Shown one piece after another: positions 57,291-64,000 of a stretch of 64,000 bases of DNA. This DNA comes from the human T2T-CHM13v2.0 reference genome, Homo sapiens: assembly GCF_009914755.1 (NCBI RefSeq), contig NC_060928.1; one strand, written 5' to 3'. The translations under genes were made by a program, and so were the position numbers. The number at the start of each line of letters is the position of its first letter. Position 1 is the first letter of the stretch. The notes beneath the pieces were generated by a model, which ran no database searches, had not been told where the DNA came from, and saw only the letters and a program-made list of their open reading frames with translations.

Positions 57291-58290
57291 TTTAATTAAA
57301 AACAAACAAAAAACATAAATGGAAAACAAAAATAAATTATTATAAAAATCCTGGATTGCTGCATTTTAAAATAACCTTAGAATCACATTTGGAAAAAGTC
57401 TTAGCCCAACCACTGAGTGAGCTTCTTTGAATGCAGCTTCTTCAATATGTTCTCAGAGCACATGCCTCCCTACAGAGGAGCAGGACTTGGGGAGAGCCCA
57501 CTTGAATGCTTCCAACTACCCTCCAAATCGTTGCACAAAACCTCCAAAGTACAGCCTTTCTACTTCTCTAGAATAGGGTCTGAGGCAAAACCCCAGGAAT
57601 GGTTGTGCTGCGAGTAGATGTTCTTGGTAAGGTCAGTTCTGTGGACTTCAGATAAAAATATGCTAATAAGCTATTTTTCAATGCCACCTGCTGGTGCCAA
57701 ACATAATTTTTCTTCTGAAGCTTTGTTCAAAGAGTCAACAGAGCTCAGACGTTATAGATTATAGTAATTCTAAGAGGCATAACTCTGTGATATATTCTGT
57801 AATTGTAACTTTTTCTTTTCAGTAATGCTCTCTTCTTCCTCCATAATCCATCAACAGTGTTCCATTTTATTTACTTTGATCTATTTTCTATTAAATACTC
57901 TATGTAATAAAAATGTATGCTCCACTTTTTCTCCCAGAAAAACTTTCAGTATCTTGGAAATTCTGTAGGGACAAGCTTTGACATTGATTTTTATCATAGT
58001 ATATTCCTTGAGGATTAGGGAAGATTCATTTTATAAGAGGATTAACAAACACTGCATTCACAATGACATTGTAGGTTTATTTTTTCTTTGCTTCATTTAA
58101 TTCCCATGTTTTTTAAAGGTAGTGTGAAAATGTTTAAGGCTTGACTTATTTATGACAATATCTATGTGACAGAGTGTTTCTAGAGCTTTTATTATATTTC
58201 ATGCCAAATTAGAGCGGATATCATTGCCATCTAAACTACAAATACCCAGCTAGGTTTTAAACACCATTGGCGAAAAAGTATCTTCAACGT

Positions 58291-58640
58291 TGTCAGGTTC
58301 TAACTGAGGTCCAAGGAGAGTTGGTGGGCGAGTGGTGGGTAGCTGGAAAAACACTCAAGGAATCATAGACAGTTTTGACATGGCTTTACTTTCTCTCTAG
58401 GCATGAGTGAGCCTGGGCACGAGCTGTATGTACAGTGTTAGCAGGGTAATTATACCTTTACAGATAATAGTGGCTCCAAGTCAAGCACGAGTTCATGTGG
58501 GTGATCACCTAATGTGCCTCACATGGTGTGGTTACATAACGAGCGGAGCTGTGTACCTGTGCTCCAAACTTGCTGAGTCATGCTAGACCAGATGTCTGCC
58601 TCAGCTTATTCTTGACTGAAGCACATCCATTTTCCTTACA
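58291..58640 (-). mobile_element. LTR18, 3' LTR of provirus
   Basis: TGTAAGG...CCTGACA on minus; purine-rich GGAGGTGGAT immediately upstream (PPT-like). Confidence 0.9.
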
Positions 58641-59535
58641 ATCCACCTCCTAGGCTGAGAGAGACATAGGCCTTAAACACACAGGTCTGACACATAGGCC
58701 TTATACATTGGCTCTGAGCACACAGGCCCCAGGCACATGGGTCCAACACATAGGCCTTACACATTAAGCCAGGTTTTTATTTCCCTACCTTTAGGGGCAT
58801 TGGGCCAGGCAACAACAGGTTACCCTTTGTCCCTATACCTGGTTGGAGGAGGTCATCATTCCTCCTAGAGGTCTTGGCACATGGCCTGGCCCCACATGGG
58901 CTGGTGACCAACTAGTCACTTTTGTAACTTTTAGGTAGTTAACAATAAGGTTAAACCTCTATAAACTGCCCAGCTATTGGTGCAGATTATCATAGGTATC
59001 ACCTCCTTGGTGATCACCATTTGCACTGCTCTGAGTTCAGTCCATTGACTACTTTGTCCATACCTGGTATCAAACCATATGGTTTCAGTGCTAGGCTGGA
59101 CTGCGAATAGATTAGCACCTTGCTAATCTAGTTCTGGTGCTAAGGAACTAATCCTGCTAAGGATTAGTTCTGCTGCTAAGGAACTTGTACTCAGAGTACT
59201 CTGCTGTTCTAAGTAGGTGTCCCACTTTGCAAAAGTGGATGTCTGCACCATTCCAGTCCAAGGGGTTGTTACCCATGAATGCACCCATTCCACTACTGGA
59301 TAAGTCACCTTCATGACAACTGTAGCCCATCCTGTCATACTCTTTCAAGCCTGAAGGGCAGCATATACAGCTGCTAGCTGTCTCTCTATCAAGGAATACT
59401 AGAGCTCAGCTCTCTTCCATAGTTGGAACCAAAAGCCTACTGGCATTCTCAAGCTCTCTGTGCGCTGACACAGGCCCCAGCTGAAAACATCTGTGGTCAC
59501 ATGCACATCCAGCTCAAGTGGGCTCCCCTAGTCAA

Positions 59536-59904
59536 CTACCCGTAGGGCTTGTGCCTGCTGAATAGCCCGTCTGACTGCCAGGAAGGGAGTCTCAGCCAGT
59601 TCATCTCAATTCTAGGCAAGAGGAGTGTTGTCGCTTCTAAATCTGCAAGATAATCAGAGGTTAACATCATATCATCAACAAGACCATGACATATGATGGG
59701 GCTGTGCATACATCCCTGTGGCAAGACTATGAAAGTCCATTGTTGCCTTTCCATGAAGGCAAACTCTTTCTGGCTCTCTAGAGCAATGTTAGTTGAGAAT
59801 GCATTGGTCAAGTCCACCACATAGTGGTACTGTCCCAATTCTGTCATCAAGTGGTCCATCAAGTCCATGACAGACAGCACAGCTGCCAAGCTGTGCCAAG
59901 CCAA
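59536..59904 (-). pseudogene. pol: ERVL-class pol (RT) fragment
   Basis: YHYVVDLTNAF...WTFIVLPQGCMHSPIICHGLV-DDMML; YxDD region truncated. Confidence 0.85.
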
Positions 59905-60936
59905 TTCACTCTCAGAATGTATTCAGGTATGAGAGAGGCATACACACTGCATAAGGGGGGAGCCAAGCAGCTGTTGCTGAGGTGCAAAGGTACAGGTTTC
60001 GCTTTCACTGACTGGTCTTCGTAACAGTCCATGCAGCCTTGTCCAGAAACTTATCTGGGTGCAGGGACCAGTGGATTGCCAAGTCCACATGTGGCCTCTG
60101 GTTGTCTGGTGTGTCCCCAAGCTGGTCACCTCAACCAGTTCCCTAATCAAACAGAAAAGGCTTTACATCCCTGCCTGGCTGCAGCACATAGTCTGAGCTG
60201 GAGTGCCTGGGCAGGACTGGGTCACTCGCAATGTCCTTCTCCCTCATGGGCATTTTCTGGAATTGCTGCTCTGGAGACAACTGTCTCCACAAAGTTGAGT
60301 ACCTCAATGTGTTCCTCATTGGGCTGTTAATCGATTTTCTCTTGGTTGACCCCAGCCAAAACCAAATCTATCCACATCTGTAAGCGTGTCACTCATTGGG
60401 GCCTCCTTTTCTCCCATTGGGAGCACTGGTGGGCAGGGCATCTTCCCCTTCTTTATGGCACAGATCCCTTGGTCCCACCAATGGCCTTCTATTTCCCTGA
60501 GAGCCACCATAGGAGTGGTCACTTCATTTCTAAGCTCTGTAGCCAGGCCTCCAGGCACTCCACCTCCACTTGAAGGTCCCCATTCATGGCAGCTTCTAAC
60601 TCTTTTTCTGAGCTCTGTAGCTGGCCTTCCAGGTGCCCTGCCTGTACCTGGAGGGCCCTTACCTGTGCTGTGTCCCTCAGGGACTGGGTGTGTACTTCCC
60701 ATAGCGCAGTGAAAAACACCCATCCAATTCTGCTGGCAAAGGCTTGCTCCTTCTTGGTGCTCTGAGCTTCCAGCTGCTTCAGCACCTTCTCCATGCTTGT
60801 GGGGGACCCATCTACCACTGCCCAGGTTTCTACTGGGCCCATCCAAGCAGCACAGCTGCCACCGGGTACCACAACCCATGTTGTGGCCATATGGCCAACA
60901 GGAATCAGCGGGGACAGTAGTCTTACTCACTCCATG

Positions 60937-60954
60937 ATCCTGTTCATGATGCCA
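60937..60954 (-). promoter_or_regulatory. Primer binding site complementary to tRNA-Ser(CGA)
   Basis: TGGCATCATGAACAGGAT, i.e. TGGCGTCACGAACAGGAT with two CpG transitions, 2 nt after the 5' LTR. Confidence 0.8.
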
Positions 60955-60956
60955 AT

Positions 60957-61307
60957 TGTCAGGTTCTAACTGAGGTCTGAGGGAAGTTGATGGGCAAGTG
61001 GCGGATAGCTGGAAAAACACTAGAGGAATCATAGACAGTTTTGACATGGCTTTACTCTCTCTCTCGGTGTGAGCAAGCCTGAGCATGAGCCATATGTAGA
61101 GCATTAGCAGGGTAATTCTACATTTTACAGACAACAGCAGCTCCCAGCCAAGCACAAGCTCACGTGGGTGATCACCTAATGCACCTCATGTGGTGTGGTT
61201 ACATAATGAGTGGAGTTGTGCACATGCACTCCAAACCTGCTGAGTCATGCTGGACTGGATGTTTGCCTTGGCCTATTCTTGACCACAGTACATTCATTTT
61301 CCTTAAA
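60957..61307 (-). mobile_element. LTR18, 5' LTR of provirus
   Basis: Direct repeat of 58291-58640; followed on minus by the PBS. Confidence 0.9.
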
Positions 61308-61893
61308 ATAATGTTCTGAACAAATAACAGTTTTTAAATATTTTATAGTTGTTTGTGAGAAACCATTATATACTTCTATTAATTAAAACTCACTCTGACA
61401 TGCAGGCTCTAATATTTAGGAATTACTGAGATTTTATCTCATTTGTGCATTTACAACCCTATTTGTGCTGCCAATTAACCAGAATGCTCCTCCAAGGTAA
61501 GTTCTATCATCCCACAATGCACCTGGGCTGTCCTTTACTTGACTGAAATATATCATGAAATGACAGCTGCTTGAAAGGGACCTTTAATGAAGTATGCTCT
61601 ACTTTTGATGTCTTCTCTTCAGGAGCTTGGTTGTCCAGTTGTTGGGTACTCTATATCCTTTTCAGGTAAAAATGACATTTTTAATTCTTCAGCCTCCAAT
61701 TTTGTAAACAGACATTATCCTTGTAAACTCGTTTAAAGACAAAATGTGGGAAGGTTTTGCTTAAACTTATTAAGCAATGAAACATCAGCAGTTCCTGCCT
61801 CCCCTCTCTCTATATGATGATGTCAAAATGGGTAAGAAATGACACCATGTCCCACAGATATCGTAACCAGTGTAACTGTGTCCTGGTGTGTGG

Positions 61894-61964
61894 TTTCCTT
61901 GGCGTATGATAGAGATTATTTAAAAAATTATTTCCTTGGTGTATGATAGAAATTATTTAAAAAA
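61894..61964. repeat. Tandem duplication, 37-bp period
   Basis: TTTCCTTGGYGTATGATAGARATTATTTAAAAAA at 61894 and 61931. Confidence 0.9.
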
Positions 61965-62122
61965 CAGAAACATGAATGAAATAAGAGCAACTGAACTAGT
62001 TAATAAAAGCAATATCTTATCAATTTGAGTCCAGAATGCTCATAACAATATGTTACATTCTGTGATCAGTAAACATTTGTTTGGAACTTCTGTGCACCAG
62101 AAACTGGGGGTTTAAAGATGGG

Positions 62123-62405
62123 GGCTGGGCACAATAGCTCATGCTTGTAATCCCAGCACTTTGGAAGGCTGAGGTGGGAGGATCACTTGAGGCCAGGAGT
62201 TTGAGACCAGCCTGGGCAATATAGACTCAGTTTCTACAAAAAATATTAGCTGGACGTGGTAGTACTACCTATCTACTAAGGTGGCTTGAGCCCAGGAATT
62301 GGAAGCTGCAGTGAGCTATGATTACACCACTGCATTCCAGCTTAGGCAACAGAGTGAGACCCTATCTCTAAAAAATAATAAATAGAAAAATAAAAAATAA
62401 ATAAA
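62123..62405 (+). mobile_element. AluJ with internal deletions
   Basis: GGGAGGATCACTTGAGGCCAGGAGTTTGAGACCAGCC, GCAGTGAGCTATGATT; A-rich tail. Confidence 0.9.
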
Positions 62406-62689
62406 TATTAGAGAAACAGGGACCCTAACTTCAAAGAACTCTCAGTCTAATTATACTCATGACTGCTTCTCATCTCCAGACACTAATGTTGTCTTGTTTC
62501 CATTGTTTCCAGATAATCTTATGTGAAGATTTGACAGGTAAATGTCAGCTAAATGGTTTATTGGCTAGTTACTAATTAGTAACCAGCCTGACAATAGCTA
62601 TTTTGGGAATTATGAATAATGTTTAGGGGAAGTTCTGAAAACTGGCAATCAGTACTGGCCTATAGGTATTTGTATTTGGCATCCACGGT

Positions 62690-62723
<34 letters not shown>

Positions 62724-63150
62724 TCTGTTTGTCTGGTAATATCTTTATTTACCTCCAACCTTTTCATTAAATTTGGGAAGCTTTGGGACATTTCTTCTCA
62801 ATCTCTTCTTCTGCTCAGCCAGGTGATATTTCCCATAGGTCCCACCTCCAGCTTTCTGTATCTTTGAGAGGTACCTTAATTCTTTCTTTGGAGGTCTACT
62901 TCTGAACATCAGTAGAGACCTTAAAGGGACTTTTCTTAGCGTTTCTCTCCTGTCCCTGATCTTCAGTGGTTTCCCCCTTGTACTTGGGGAAGACCTGCAT
63001 GCCTCAGCAGACCCTGCCTCCTCTCCTTCCACTCCCAGCCTTCAGTATACTACCTGCATGCACTTAGTGAAGACACCATTGGTGAGATGATGCAGACTTG
63101 TTCTGTGGCTAAAGCCCAGAAATTTAATCCATAATCTCAACGGATAGCCA

Positions 63151-63183
63151 TTAAAAGTTTGTTAAAAGTTTGTTAAAAGTTTG
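63151..63183. repeat. (TTAAAAGTTTG)x3 tandem repeat
   Basis: Three exact 11-mers. Confidence 0.9.
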
Positions 63184-63930
63184 TCTGGTTCCTCCTTACT
63201 GCTGTCTATGGTAGATTCTCCCTTCTCCTGCTGCTTCATCAGGGATGAAAGTAGCTGTGCATCTCTTCTGTCCTAGGAAGGGCTTATCACCTCATTTAGG
63301 TTTCTTTGTGCTTCAATTCCTGGATGGTTTTAATTTTAACCTAGTTTAGCCAGCTTGTTCTAGGGTGAACTTCTGACATCCTTATGAAAAGCAGAAGTCC
63401 CCCACAGTGTCTAAAAAATTTAAATAGTTGCCAGCACTAAAAATGTTAAGATTTACATAACAATCTTATTTCTGGCTTCTCTTGAAAAATGAGAAGTTCT
63501 AGCAAGAGAGGGCCTAAATTTCATAGCAACCGTAAGTGGAGTCAAATAATATCTGTCCCATTCCTATGAGGGAGATATGGCATTGATCTATTCCTTTATA
63601 GAGAATGCTTCATAACATAATTTGATATCTAGGCAGGTAGAAGCAGAAAGATACACTATAAAAACTTCTTTGTTTAGGTTCATACAGCATTTTAAGTCAG
63701 GCCATTTAACGAGCTCTTAGCACGGTTTCCTGATGTGACAATGTTCCTCTTGATCTTTTTCAAGTACAATGGATTCCTAAATCCTTCTTGCAGGTTCATT
63801 AGTGTTAAGATTTATTAATGAAGGCAAACTGTGCCTTTCAAATTATCCTTCAAGTGCAGAGAATTGTTGAGATGTATTCTTTCCAGAGTTTGTAAGATTT
63901 TCTGATGAATCTTTTTAGTTTTAAAGGCTT

Positions 63931-63935
<5 letters not shown>

Positions 63936-63961
<26 letters not shown>
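63936..63961. repeat. (GT)n microsatellite
   Basis: Perfect GT run. Confidence 0.95.
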
Positions 63962-64000
63962 ATGCTTCTTTTCAAAAATAGTCTGAATCATTGAAACTTT

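Larger units (their letters stand above)
58291..61307 (-). mobile_element. HERV-S / HERVL18 provirus, internally deleted (~3.0 kb)
   Basis: Two LTR18 copies, tRNA-Ser PBS, gag relic (60519-60890), RT relic (DLTNAF, LPQG), RNase H relic (SSQWTELRAV...CTNSWAV, ~58940-59100); probable TSD AACGT (58286-58290) / AATGT (61310-61314). Confidence 0.9.

Noticed and set aside
60316-61155. 279-aa minus-strand ORF
   Set aside because: Starts inside the LTR at a non-ATG codon and runs out of frame with the gag relic; no recognisable domain

Overview
This window is primate (very likely human) non-coding genomic DNA, intronic or intergenic. It is AT-rich and dominated by interspersed repeats, and I recognise no host protein-coding gene. 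Main elements: a near-full-length, inactivated L1PA2/L1PA3-type LINE-1 (48022-54094, minus) whose antisense ORF0 is still open; an SVA with a 13-bp target-site duplication (TSD) (38774-40588, minus); an internally deleted HERV-S/HERVL18 provirus with both LTR18 copies and a tRNA-Ser primer binding site (58291-61307, minus); and a separate solo LTR18 with a 5-bp TSD (13678-14018, plus). There are also about ten Alus, truncated L1s, hAT DNA transposons (MER1B, MER3, MER20, MER5-like, Tip100-like), MaLR/ERVL LTRs, MIR/L2 relics and microsatellites. Most ORFs in the supplied track are repeat-derived or spurious. Two patterns go beyond repeat annotation. First, there are recurring fold-back/template-switch scars: in L1 ORF2, at a HERV-S pol deletion, in an AluY, next to an AluS, and at the 5' end of an old L1. 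Second, there are several strong splice-signal exon candidates in unique sequence that may belong to spliced non-coding transcripts. I found no evidence for a wholly new biological system. Repeat subfamily names come from recalled consensus features and need RepeatMasker/Dfam confirmation.
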